DNA from: an uncultured Gemmatimonadaceae bacterium
GTDB lineage: Bacteria > Gemmatimonadota > Gemmatimonadetes > Gemmatimonadales > Gemmatimonadaceae
Assembly: GCA_963790305.1 (NCBI GenBank)
Contig: CAWBOC010000009.1
Coordinates: forward strand, 1 to 64,000
Reading direction: 5' to 3'
DNA: 64,000 bases
Positions within the stretch are counted from its first letter, which is position 1. Every line of letters starts with the position of its first letter. Below are positions 44,259 through 53,608 of this stretch, in pieces. The notes under the pieces were generated by a model. It did not search any database. It worked only from the letters and a program-made list of their open reading frames with translations, and was not told the DNA's origin. Position numbers and translations under genes: made by a program.

Positions 44259-45341
44259 TCACATCACCCCGCTACCCCTGAAGGTCAGCAAATCGGTGAC
44301 GGCGCCGGCGATCGCCGGCAGCGGAAGCACCTGGTCGATTCCCCCCGCCTGCAGCGCCGCGTGCGGCATTCCGTAGATGATCGACGTCGCCTTGTCTTGA
44401 GCGACACCAAGCCCGCCGGCTTCGTGAATGGCCCGCATCCCTTCCGCCCCATCGCGTCCCATGCCTGTCAGCACCACGCCGATCGCCGCTGCGCCGAAGA
44501 CCTCGGCGACGGACTTGAAGAGCGGGTCCGCCGACGGACGCACTCCCCACACCGGCGGTGAGCTGTCGAGCGAGATGACCGGAACTCCGCCCTGAACGCG
44601 CACGCGCATGTGCTGGCCGCCTGGAGCGAGATACACCCGATTGTGCACGACGCGCTCACCATCGCACGCCTCGGCCACGGTGAGTCGCGAGTGAAGGTCG
44701 AGGCGATCGGCCAGGCTCTTCGTAAAGCCTGCGGGCATGTGCTGCACTATGAGCACGGCGGCATCGAGGTCGGGCCGGAGCGCGGGAATGAGATCGGCCA
44801 GGGCCCGCGGTCCGCCGGTGGACGCGGCGATCGCCACGGCACGCGTGGCCCAGGAGCCACCGCCAGCGATGGCCCGTCCAGCCATCGGCGGGTCGGCGCG
44901 GCGAGAGAGCATGGGCATGCCGCGCAGATTCACTTCGCGCGACGCGCGGAGTGCGTCGAGCAGCCGATCGCGAACGCTATCGAGATCGAGTGAGATCGGC
45001 CCGCTCGGCTTCTTGACGAAATCGACCGCCCCGAGCTCGAGGGCCCGGATGGCCGGATCGCGTCCCGACTCGGCCGCCGCGCCGCTCAGCATCACCACCG
45101 GGCGCGGTGTCTCGCTCATGATGTAGCCCAGCGCACCGATGCCATCGAGCTCGGGCATCTCGATGTCCAGCGTGACGAGATCGGGATCGAGGGCGTGAAT
45201 CTTCTTCAGCGCTTCGAGGCCGTTGCGCGCCGTCCCGACGACGCGGAACTCCGCCGAGCCATCGATCATCTCGGAGACGAGCTTGCGCATGAAGGCGCTG
45301 TCGTCGACGACGAGGACCGTCGGCAGCCTAGAGGATGACAT
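44259..45341 (-). CDS. cheB: Chemotaxis methylesterase with receiver domain
   Basis: REC 'VVDDS..LDIEMP'; catalytic 'ASTGGP', 'QHMP', 'GMGRDG'. Confidence 0.97.
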   Translation of the reverse strand: MSSSRLPTVLVVDDSAFMRKLVSEMIDGSAEFRVVGTARNGLEALKKIHALDPDLVTLDIEMPELDGIGALGYIMSETPRPVVMLSGAAAESGRDPAIRALELGAVDFVKKPSGPISLDLDSVRDRLLDALRASREVNLRGMPMLSRRADPPMAGRAIAGGGSWATRAVAIAASTGGPRALADLIPALRPDLDAAVLIVQHMPAGFTKSLADRLDLHSRLTVAEACDGERVVHNRVYLAPGGQHMRVRVQGGVPVISLDSSPPVWGVRPSADPLFKSVAEVFGAAAIGVVLTGMGRDGAEGMRAIHEAGGLGVAQDKATSIIYGMPHAALQAGGIDQVLPLPAIAGAVTDLLTFRGSGVM

Positions 45342-45819
45342 GCCCGGCCCTCAGCGATTTCACCGTGAGGCGGCCATCGCGGACGTCGAAGTACACGCTG
45401 CGACCGTAATCCCCACCGACTTCCTGCGCGACGATCGGAATGCCCGCGTGCTCGAGTGCGGCCCGCGTCGCGACCACGTTCCTCTCCCCGATTTGAAGCC
45501 CCGTCGCCGACAGCAGCGAGGTGAACATGCTCGCGCCGCCGACGATCTTGGCCCGCATGCGCCCCGTGCGCGCGCCTAACGCCTGCATGCGCTCGCACAG
45601 GAGCGGCACCGCCGTCGACGGGAACTTCGCCCGGTTGGACCGGTCCTGCGACATGCCAGTGCTCGGCAGGAGCACGTGCGCCAGTCCGCCGATGCGCGCT
45701 TCCGGGTCGTGCAGCGCGATCGCCACGCAGGAGCCCAGCCCCACCGTGACGAGGAGTGTGCCGCCATTGGCGACGGCAAAGTCCGCCACCTTCACGCGGA
45801 TCTCGGTCGGGGCGCTCAC
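45328..45819 (-). CDS. cheD: Chemoreceptor glutamine deamidase
   Basis: 'TVGLGSCVAI', 'LAHVLLP', 'AKIVGGASMF', 'IGERNV'. Confidence 0.95.
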   Translation of the reverse strand: MSAPTEIRVKVADFAVANGGTLLVTVGLGSCVAIALHDPEARIGGLAHVLLPSTGMSQDRSNRAKFPSTAVPLLCERMQALGARTGRMRAKIVGGASMFTSLLSATGLQIGERNVVATRAALEHAGIPIVAQEVGGDYGRSVYFDVRDGRLTVKSLRAGHVIL

Positions 45820-46640
45820 GGCTTCCGGAAGATGCGCTCGCGCGGATTCACCGGCACGAACAGGTTTCGCGTGGGACCGAGGAGCGTTTCCACTTTTCCG
45901 AGGACGAGAAACCCGCCCGGCACGAGCGCGTCGAAAAACCGCTGGAAGAGCAGCTCCTGGGAAACGCGGTCGAAGTAGATGATGACGTTGCGACAGGTGA
46001 TGAGGTCGAGCCCCCCCGACGGTGTCGGCTCGTGAAGCAGGTCGCGTCGCTCGAACTGCACCATCGCCTTTACGCGTGGATCGAGCGAGTGGGGCGGCTT
46101 GGGCGTGAAGTACCGGCGTCGGATCGCCGGCGGCGTGTCGGCGAAGGCGTCCTCGCCGAAGGTGCCACGCTCCGCCGCCTTGAGACTCAGGCGATCAATG
46201 TCGGTCCCGAGGATCATGATGCGGGACAGCGCTTTCTCATCCTTGCGTTGCATCGCCTCGCGGTGCAGCAGGATCGCGAGCGAGTAGGGCTCCTCTCCCG
46301 ACGCGCAGCCCGCGCTCCAGCACCGAATGTGCTCGTCGCTCGCTGGCCACAGGGCGGGAATCACATCCTCGGCGATGGCGGCGAACGTCTCCCAGTTTCG
46401 AAAAAGCTTGGTGACGTTGATGGTGAGCGCATCGAGCAGGAGCTCGTACTCGCGCGCGTCGCCATCGAGGATCGCGGCGTAGTCGCGATAGGTATGGACA
46501 CCGCGGGCACGCATACGCACCGCGATGCGGCGACGAAGGCATTTTTCCTTGTAGCTGGCGCACCCGAAGCCGCGCTCACGCGAGATCTTCTCCGTGAGCG
46601 CGGCGAACTCCGCGTCGGCCGGCTGCTGCTGGACGCTCAC
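45816..46640 (-). CDS. cheR: Chemotaxis methyltransferase
   Basis: 'TINVTKLFR', 'WSAGCASGEEPYS', 'GTDID', 'CRNVIIYF'. Confidence 0.96.
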   Translation of the reverse strand: MSVQQQPADAEFAALTEKISRERGFGCASYKEKCLRRRIAVRMRARGVHTYRDYAAILDGDAREYELLLDALTINVTKLFRNWETFAAIAEDVIPALWPASDEHIRCWSAGCASGEEPYSLAILLHREAMQRKDEKALSRIMILGTDIDRLSLKAAERGTFGEDAFADTPPAIRRRYFTPKPPHSLDPRVKAMVQFERRDLLHEPTPSGGLDLITCRNVIIYFDRVSQELLFQRFFDALVPGGFLVLGKVETLLGPTRNLFVPVNPRERIFRKP

Positions 46641-48256
46641 ATCACCGTCCGGACGAGGTCGAGATTGGTGCGAATGAGCGCGTTCTCGGGATCCAGCTCG
46701 AGCGCTTTCTCCCAGCACTCGAGCGCCGCCTCGCGCTCGTGCTTGCGATAGCGAATGTTGCCCATCTTGAACCACACGTCGTGCCCCTGCCCCGGCGCCA
46801 GCCGTGCGGCACGCTCGTACGATTCCAGTGCGCGATCGTACTGCCCAGCGCGATAGTGGCAGTCGCCGAGGTTCTTGTGCAGGTGCGGCAGCCCGCTGTC
46901 GTCGCCGAGGCCGGTTTCAGCCGCCTCCACTGCCTGACGATACTGCCCCGCGCGCTCGAGGAGCGTCGCCTTGAGATTGTGGAGCGCCGCCACGTGCGGA
47001 TGCACGGTGAGCGCCTCGTCCACCAGCGCCGAGGCGCGCTCGAAGTCGCCGCCGAGCGCCGCGGCCAGGGCGGCGTAATGGAACCAGGGGGCCGTCGGTT
47101 TGCGCTTGCCGAACAGCGGCCGCGCCGCCGCGAGGAGCGCGTCACCCTCGTCGAGCTGCCCGCGCCTGAGGGCCACGATGCCAAGCGCGATCTGCACGCG
47201 AGGGTCCGCCCCGCCCCCGCGACTCACCGCTTCCTCGAGCGCGATCTGCGCGTCATCGAGCCGCCCGGTCCGCTCGAGCACGAAGGCGAGGTTGTGGAAG
47301 ACCGCCGCCGGAGCGTTCGGTTGGCTTGCCGCCTCGCGCAACGACTCCTCGGCCTGCGGCAGGCGTTCGTTACGCAGGTGCACGAGCGCCATGTAGAAGA
47401 GCGCCTGCCCGTCGTTCGGCCGCAGCTCGGCGACACGTCGGAACTCGCGCGTGGCTTCCTCGTACATGCCGGTCTTGTAGAAGGCGATGCCGAGGTTGCG
47501 GTGCTCCTCGACGCGCGCCTCCCGGACGACGGCATCGGACGCTTTCGACTTGCCGATGCGGTGCAGAAAGCCGGCGGTCGCGAGACCGTAGAGCGCCTTG
47601 CCGACCTCGAACTCGCCGAGGCCCGACTCATCGACGAGTGCAGCGACATCGCGCCGCCCGTCGACCAGCGGGATGAGCTGCTCCTGCTCCATCGTGAGCT
47701 CGGCATCACTGGCGGCCAGCTTGGTGCGATCGAGCTCGAAGATGATGTCGAAGCTCGGGATCTTCTTCTCGATGAGGCTCCACTCGTCGACACGCCGTGC
47801 CCCCTCGAGCAGCAACGACTCCGGGTTGATCGACACCAGAAAGTCGCGCTCGTCAGGCAGCACGTCGGCCTCGAAGCTGAACGTGCCCTGCGTCCAGGTG
47901 AAGAGGAAATACACGGCCTCCTCGATCTGGAGACGGATGTACCGGTGCAGCTCCTCGCGCGTGAGGATCTTCTGCTCGATGAGGATCTCACCGAGCCGCT
48001 TGTCGCGCTGGCGACTCTGGGCCTGGATCGCGGAGTCGAGCTCCTGCTGCGTGATGAGCCCGTTCTTGACGAGAATGTCGCCGAGGCGATCGCGGCGGTT
48101 CACGATCGACGCGTACGAGATACGACCGCGCGAGAAGTACACCGTGCCGAAGCTGCTGCGGTCCGCCACGCTCAGACATCCCGTCTTCTGCCCCATGGCG
48201 AGCAGCTGGAGGACGTCCGGAAGGCTGGCTTCGCGAAGACTGCCTTTGATCGCCAT
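46637..48256 (-). CDS. DUF4388 (PatA-N-like) plus TPR protein
   Basis: 'IKGSLREASLPDVLQLL..KTGCL', 'RLGDILV', 'WTQGTFSF', 'LLLEGARRVDEW'; C-terminal TPRs. Confidence 0.85.
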   Translation of the reverse strand: MAIKGSLREASLPDVLQLLAMGQKTGCLSVADRSSFGTVYFSRGRISYASIVNRRDRLGDILVKNGLITQQELDSAIQAQSRQRDKRLGEILIEQKILTREELHRYIRLQIEEAVYFLFTWTQGTFSFEADVLPDERDFLVSINPESLLLEGARRVDEWSLIEKKIPSFDIIFELDRTKLAASDAELTMEQEQLIPLVDGRRDVAALVDESGLGEFEVGKALYGLATAGFLHRIGKSKASDAVVREARVEEHRNLGIAFYKTGMYEEATREFRRVAELRPNDGQALFYMALVHLRNERLPQAEESLREAASQPNAPAAVFHNLAFVLERTGRLDDAQIALEEAVSRGGGADPRVQIALGIVALRRGQLDEGDALLAAARPLFGKRKPTAPWFHYAALAAALGGDFERASALVDEALTVHPHVAALHNLKATLLERAGQYRQAVEAAETGLGDDSGLPHLHKNLGDCHYRAGQYDRALESYERAARLAPGQGHDVWFKMGNIRYRKHEREAALECWEKALELDPENALIRTNLDLVRTVM

Positions 48257-50170
48257 CAGCGGAGATCCTCAATGATGCGCCCGGCAAGGTCGGGCCAATC
48301 CCACACGGTCTTTTCGCGGTCGCCGAAGTGCGTGTCGCCTGACGGCGTGGCGCGATGCACCGGCGTTGACCGGCGCACCGATGTCACCCGCGCGACATCA
48401 GCGCTCGTAAGGCGCCGGTTGTCATTGCCCGCCATCTCGGCCAGCCGTTCGCCCACGCGAAGCACGTCGCGGGCGGTTGGCATCTCCAGCGCAGCCGCCG
48501 CGTGCAGCACCTCGGGAGCGGGCTCCACCCCTGCGGCAGCGAGTGCGCGGGCGATGAGCTTTTCGCGCAGCAGTCGGTCCGGTGGCTGGATCTCGACGAC
48601 GAGACCACCCTCGAACCGCGAGCGCAGCCGTTCGTCCATCTCGGTCAGCGTGCGCGGCGCGCGCGAGGAGGTGAGGACGACCTGCTTCCCCGCCTCCATG
48701 AGGGTGTTGAAGAGATGAAAAAACTCGTCCTGCGTTCGCTCCGTGCCAGCGAACATCTCGATCTGATCGATCAGCAACGCGTCCACACGGCGGTAGCGTC
48801 CACGCCAGGTCTCGATCGCGCTGTCCTGAAGCGCCGCGATCAGCTCGTTCACGAAGTCGCTGGCGTTCACGCAGGCGATCGTCATCGCGCCGCCACTCGC
48901 GCCGGCGAGCTCGTTCCCGATCGCATGCAGGAGATGCGTCTTCCCCACGCCGGGACTTCCGTGGATGACCAGCGGGTTGTACCGGCGGCCCGGCTCCTCG
49001 ACGATCGCGTCCGCGGCATGTACCGCCAGCTGGTTGGAGGGACCGACCTCGAACTCGGCACGAAGGAGCGACCCGTCGGGCGGCGGGGGCGGGGCCGAGT
49101 CGGCGCGAAGTGTCTCCGCCAATCGCTCGAGATCCTCGATCGCGTCCGGGTCGCGAAACTGCACCGAGCCGCGCTGCGTGGGATCGAGCGCGACGATCTC
49201 CTGCTCCAGTGCGCGCAGCCGCGTGACCTTCTGCTCGAACTGCTGAAGAAGCGCGTCGGGATCCGCGGTATCGGGGCTCTGAAGCGCGCGCTCGAGCGCG
49301 GCTGTTCGGTACCCCTGCGTCCGCCATTCCGCTGTCAACTCGACGAGCCTCACTCGACGCGCATCGACATGCTGCGCGACGGCGACCGCCAGGCCCGAGA
49401 GGAAGCTTTCGTATTCTCCGCTCTTGGGGGCGAGACGCTGCGGTCCGCTGCCGTTGCCGCGATCGCCCAGCAGGCCCTGAATGCTCTCCACGGTCACATC
49501 GCCTTCGCCCAGTGTCTGAAACGCGATCAACCGGTTGATGGCGCCATGCATCTCGCGCACGTTGGCGAAGACGACGCGTGCAACCTCCTCGACGACGCCG
49601 GGTGGGAACGTCACGTCGCGCTCGTCGCACCGGCGCCGCAGGATCGCCACGCGCGTTTCGTAGTCGGGCGCGCCCATGTCGACGAGCAAGCCGCCGGAGA
49701 AGCGCGTCATCAGGCGGTCGTCGAGATCGGCGATCTCCGCCGGCGGCCGATCGCTGGTGAGCACGATCTGCTTGCCGCTCCTCTGCAACACGTTGAACAG
49801 CCGCAGCAGCTCGCTTTGCGTCTCCTGCCGTCCGGTGAGAAACTGCACATCGTCGAGGAGCAGGACATCGAGCGCCGCAAAACGCTGGCGGAACGCGTCC
49901 GTCTCCCCGCGCGTCACCGCCTGATGCAGAATGCTCGACGAGCTCATCGGTCGTGACGTACTCGGCCTGGAGATCGGGCTGCAGCTGCTTCGCGAGCTGT
50001 CCGATGGCGGACAGCAGGTGCGTCTTGCCGAGCCCCGATGCCGCGTAAATGAACAACGGGTTGTAGGCCGCTCCCGGCGACTGCGCGACTGCGCGCGCCG
50101 CCGAGACGGCGAGGCGGTTGGCCGCGCCGACGACGAAGGTGTCGAAGCGAGAGCGGACGTCGAGGGCCAT
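48256..50170 (-). CDS. Protein with two tandem DnaA-type AAA+ domains and no DnaA domain I or IV; frameshift near 49935
   Basis: 'FDTFVVGAANRLA..YNPLFIYAASGLGKTHLL..LLLDDVQF..RLMTRF..NVREMHG' and 'FEVGPSNQLA..YNPLVIHGSPGVGKTHLL..LLIDQIEM..TQDEFFHLFN..RLRSRF'. Confidence 0.92.
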
Positions 50171-50173
50171 GCG

Positions 50174-50782
50174 CTACCGGCTCCCGGCCTCGGCCGGCGA
50201 CGCCAGCCGCTTGAGGACGAGCTCCGCGATGCCCCGCAGCGTCTCGAAGACCCCGATGCCGTGCAGCGCGTCGGCAGCGAAACGTGGCACGCCGCGGAAG
50301 TTCAGCGCCTCATCGAGCTCATCCACCGACATGATCATGTCTCGCGGCAGATCCTGCTTGTTGTATTGCAGAACGAGCGGGACCGTCCGAGGGTCCATGC
50401 CCTGGTTGCCAAGGTTGGCGTGCAGGTCCTGGAGACTCTCGATGTTTTCGTCCAGCTGTCGCGACTGACTGTCGGCGACGAAGACCACACCGTCCGCGCC
50501 CTGAAGGACGAGCTTGCGCGTCGCCTGGTAGTAGACCTGTCCCGGGACGGTGTAGAGCTGCAGCCGCGTCGTGAAGCCGGAGATCGTTCCGAGATCGAGC
50601 GGGAGGAAATCGAAGAAGAGCGTGCGATCGGTCTGCGTGGCGAGCGACACCATCTTGCCCTTCCGCTCGTCAGGCACCTGGCCGTAGACGTAATGCAGAT
50701 TCGTCGTCTTCCCCGACCGCCCAGGGCCGTAGTAGACGATCTTGCACGTGATCTCGCGGGACGCGTAGTTGACGAGAGACAC
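50174..50782 (-). CDS. mglA: MglA-family small GTPase
   Basis: 'REITCKIVYYGPGRSGKTTNL', 'TDRTLFFDFLP', 'TVPGQ', 'NKQDL'; closely resembles Myxococcus MglA. Confidence 0.95.
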   Translation of the reverse strand: MSLVNYASREITCKIVYYGPGRSGKTTNLHYVYGQVPDERKGKMVSLATQTDRTLFFDFLPLDLGTISGFTTRLQLYTVPGQVYYQATRKLVLQGADGVVFVADSQSRQLDENIESLQDLHANLGNQGMDPRTVPLVLQYNKQDLPRDMIMSVDELDEALNFRGVPRFAADALHGIGVFETLRGIAELVLKRLASPAEAGSR

Positions 50783-50787
50783 GATCG

Positions 50788-51285
50788 TCAGGACGAGGGG
50801 GTGATGTTGCGCCGTCCGGGCGCGCGCCCGAACAGCATCGCGAGGTTGCGATTCAGCTCGACCTCGAAGTTCTCGTCGAGCATGGGGGCGGCATCGGGGA
50901 CCTGCACCTTCGACTGCAGGAGGGCCGTGCGCAGCTCCTCGAAGTATAGTTGCACGAGACCGAGCGAGCTCTGCTCATCGAACACGGTGAGGAGCAGACA
51001 TGTCCCACGTGGCGTCGCCGCTTCCGCGAGGTAGAGTCGCCGCTTGGCACCCGCGTGAAAGACATCGCGAAAGCCTTTTCCGTCAAGTGTGCGACCGAGC
51101 TCGCGCACCGTCGCGTAAATGCCGGCCGCGAGCGCCGCCGCCGACATGACGTCGACCGCGCGCGAGAACCCGCTCTGTCCGAGCACCTGCCCGCTCGGAA
51201 AAATGAGCAGCGCGAACGTGACACGGGCATCGTCGACGAAACGCTTCAATGGCGCCTCGACCCAGGGCTCGGCGACGCTGATCAT
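50788..51285 (-). CDS. mglB: MglB-like roadblock/LC7 protein
   Basis: 'AALAAGIYATVRELG', 'LLTVFDEQSSLGLV', amphipathic C-terminal helix ending 'LAMLFG'; adjacent to mglA. Confidence 0.8.
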   Translation of the reverse strand: MISVAEPWVEAPLKRFVDDARVTFALLIFPSGQVLGQSGFSRAVDVMSAAALAAGIYATVRELGRTLDGKGFRDVFHAGAKRRLYLAEAATPRGTCLLLTVFDEQSSLGLVQLYFEELRTALLQSKVQVPDAAPMLDENFEVELNRNLAMLFGRAPGRRNITPSS

Positions 51286-51632
51286 ATGACGAGCCGCTCC
51301 AGCGCCTTGAGCATCTCCATCCGCATGAGGCCGATATTCGCGCGCGCGTCGGCGACGATCACGAGCACCATGTCGTTCTTCCCCGCGGCGCACACGTGCC
51401 CTTCCGTCGCGCGGAGGCGAAGGAACGTGACGCCTCCGAGTCCGGCGGCATCCGCCGACAGGCGCGCCTTGCGATAGAGGGACGCCGCGAGCGCCGCGAA
51501 CGCCGGGCCCTTCATCCCCACGTGCAGCGTCGCGTCGATGATGACGCCGTCGGTCTCGTCGACGAGCAGGCTGCCACGCACGCCGCGTTGGCGCGTGAGG
51601 GCCGCGATGATGGGCGTCAGATTGGTCTTCAT
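51282..51632 (-). CDS. Roadblock/LC7 protein
   Basis: 'GVRGSLLVDETDGVII', 'FAALAASL', 'ANIGLMRMEM'. Confidence 0.82.
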   Translation of the reverse strand: MKTNLTPIIAALTRQRGVRGSLLVDETDGVIIDATLHVGMKGPAFAALAASLYRKARLSADAAGLGGVTFLRLRATEGHVCAAGKNDMVLVIVADARANIGLMRMEMLKALERLVI

Positions 51633-52468
51633 CCGCCCCCCTTCTTCAGCCAGGTGCCCGCGCGCTCGACGCACCGGTCGAGCACGCGATGCACGAGTCC
51701 GAGGGGCATGGCCTTCGACGCGGCGACCAACAGCAACGCATCATCGCGCATGGGGGCCATCGCTACGACGGCGGCGTCGGTCTCGACGGTGAGCGACGAC
51801 CAGTCACCGAGTCCGAGGTGACGCATGGCCCGACGCGCCTCGTCACTGACCCCGCTGAGCTCGGCACCCACTTCCTGCGCGACGTCGCGGCCGTCCTGCG
51901 TCAGGTACGTGCCGGCCATGACGAGCCCGGTGGCGTCGAGGAGGAGCGCGGTGTGCTCGCCGCCTTCGGTGATCTCGTCGAAGAGGCTGAGGTGCTCAGG
52001 GTGCTCAGGGTGCTCAGGGGAACGGCGGTCCGCACCCTGAGCACCCTGAGCACCCTGAGCACCCTCTCGCAAATGCACCCGCACCATGGCGAGCGCCGTC
52101 GCCACCGTCTCGTCCTCGCCATCGAGCTCCGACGCTTCGCTCAAGTAGGTCTGCGCTTCGACGTACTTGCCTTGCTTGAACAGGACGTACCCCATTCCCT
52201 TGCGGGCGCCGAGGTGGGCCGGGGCGATGCGCCGGACCATGTCCCACTCGTCGAAGGCGCGCTCGAGCTCGCCGCGGTCGACGGCAATGCGCGCGAGCAA
52301 ATCGTGCGACTCGGCGTCGTGCGGATGCCGCTCGAGGCCGCGGAGCGCGACCTTGAGCGCGAGATCGAGCTGCCCGCCCTTCCGCAGCGCTTCACCCAGC
52401 TGCAGGTAGACGGGGCTCGCGGGGTCGCGGGCCAACTCCTCGCTCAGGCGGCGAATGTCGTCAGCCAT
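51629..52468 (-). CDS. TPR plus roadblock/LC7 fusion protein
   Basis: N-terminal TPRs; C-terminal 'ALLLDATGLVMAG..LGLGDW..MPLGLV'. Confidence 0.8.
   Translation of the reverse strand: MADDIRRLSEELARDPASPVYLQLGEALRKGGQLDLALKVALRGLERHPHDAESHDLLARIAVDRGELERAFDEWDMVRRIAPAHLGARKGMGYVLFKQGKYVEAQTYLSEASELDGEDETVATALAMVRVHLREGAQGAQGAQGADRRSPEHPEHPEHLSLFDEITEGGEHTALLLDATGLVMAGTYLTQDGRDVAQEVGAELSGVSDEARRAMRHLGLGDWSSLTVETDAAVVAMAPMRDDALLLVAASKAMPLGLVHRVLDRCVERAGTWLKKGGG
51991..52063. repeat. In-frame palindrome of the 9-mer GGTGCTCAG; 29-bp perfect stem
   Basis: 51991-52019 is the exact reverse complement of 52035-52063; 15-nt loop. Confidence 0.97.
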
Positions 52469-53606
52469 GGGCGCGCCCCGTCAACAATCCGTGGAGGGCG
52501 GACGCGCTCGCGAGCGCTTCACGCACACGAGCGGCATTCCCGCTGTTAGGCAGCATACGAAGGTAGCGCTCCCATGCCGCCATGGCTTCGCCAAGATCCC
52601 CTCGGGCCGCCGCGCAGTAGCCCGTCTCGAGATGGGTTTCGGCGTGCAGCGGGTCGAGCTGCAGCGCTCGCCGCAGCTCCTCGGCAGCGTCGTTGAGGCG
52701 ACCCGCTTTGCTCAGCGCACGGGCCATGGCGACCCGGGCCTCCGCCATCTGCGGATCGGCCGAGATCGCCTGGCGCGATGCCGCGAGCGATCCTTCCACG
52801 TTGCCGGATTCCAGCAGCGAACGCGCACGCTCAATGTGGGGGCGCGCATCCTCCGGTGCGCCCACGTGCTGCGGCGTCACCAGACGCGGGTCGCGCAGCT
52901 CGATGACACCCGTCGTCACCATCCCGTAGACGACCTTCGCGATGTCGAAATCGCTTTGCCCCAGACGCAATGCGATCTCGCGCAGGTCCTTGGCCCCATC
53001 GATCTCGGCGAGCACTTCCCACTCGTTGGGCAGCAGGTCGAGCAGCGACGGGTGATCGGCCCGCAAGGGCGCGAGCACCGGCACCACTCCGACGTGTGGC
53101 ACCTTGCCTTCTATGCGCGACCATTCGTCGATGCGGCGCGCGCCCTCCATGAGCAGCGACTCGGTCGAGATGCGCACCAATGCCTCGCTCGGCGCGTCCG
53201 AGATCGGGCGCTCCTCGAAGGAGAAGTATCCCTCTCGCCACGACATCAGCTCGAACACCACTTCCTCAATGTGGAGCCGCACGTGCCGCTCGAGCTCCTT
53301 CGGCGTCACCGCTCCCATCTCGAGGAGAATCTCGCCGAGTCGCCTCGCGTCTCCCTTCTGTTGCGTCGCTCGTGCCCGGTCCAGATCCGCTTCCGAGATC
53401 TTTCCCGCCCGCACCAGCATGTCGCCCAATCGATGCGGATTGCTGCGGATGGAGGCGAACACGACAGCGCCACCGTCGAAGAAGACGGTGCCCTGATTGT
53501 CGCGCAGCGCCGATACGACGCTCAGCGCGCCCGTCTTCCGGCTCAGGTCGAGCAGCTGGAAGACGTCGTGGATTCCAAGCTCGCGCAGCGGTCCTTCGAT
53601 CGGCAT
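52461..53606 (-). CDS. DUF4388 plus TPR protein (paralog of 46637-48256)
   Basis: 'IEGPLRELGIHDVFQLL..KTGAL', 'WREGYFSF', 'LLMEGARRIDEW'; C-terminal TPRs. Confidence 0.85.
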   Translation of the reverse strand: MPIEGPLRELGIHDVFQLLDLSRKTGALSVVSALRDNQGTVFFDGGAVVFASIRSNPHRLGDMLVRAGKISEADLDRARATQQKGDARRLGEILLEMGAVTPKELERHVRLHIEEVVFELMSWREGYFSFEERPISDAPSEALVRISTESLLMEGARRIDEWSRIEGKVPHVGVVPVLAPLRADHPSLLDLLPNEWEVLAEIDGAKDLREIALRLGQSDFDIAKVVYGMVTTGVIELRDPRLVTPQHVGAPEDARPHIERARSLLESGNVEGSLAASRQAISADPQMAEARVAMARALSKAGRLNDAAEELRRALQLDPLHAETHLETGYCAAARGDLGEAMAAWERYLRMLPNSGNAARVREALASASALHGLLTGRAHG

Positions 53607-53608
53607 CG

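Noticed and set aside
48256..50170. Chromosomal replication initiator dnaA / oriC region
   Set aside because: No domain I or IV, no dnaN/recF/gyrB neighbours and no intergenic space for DnaA boxes
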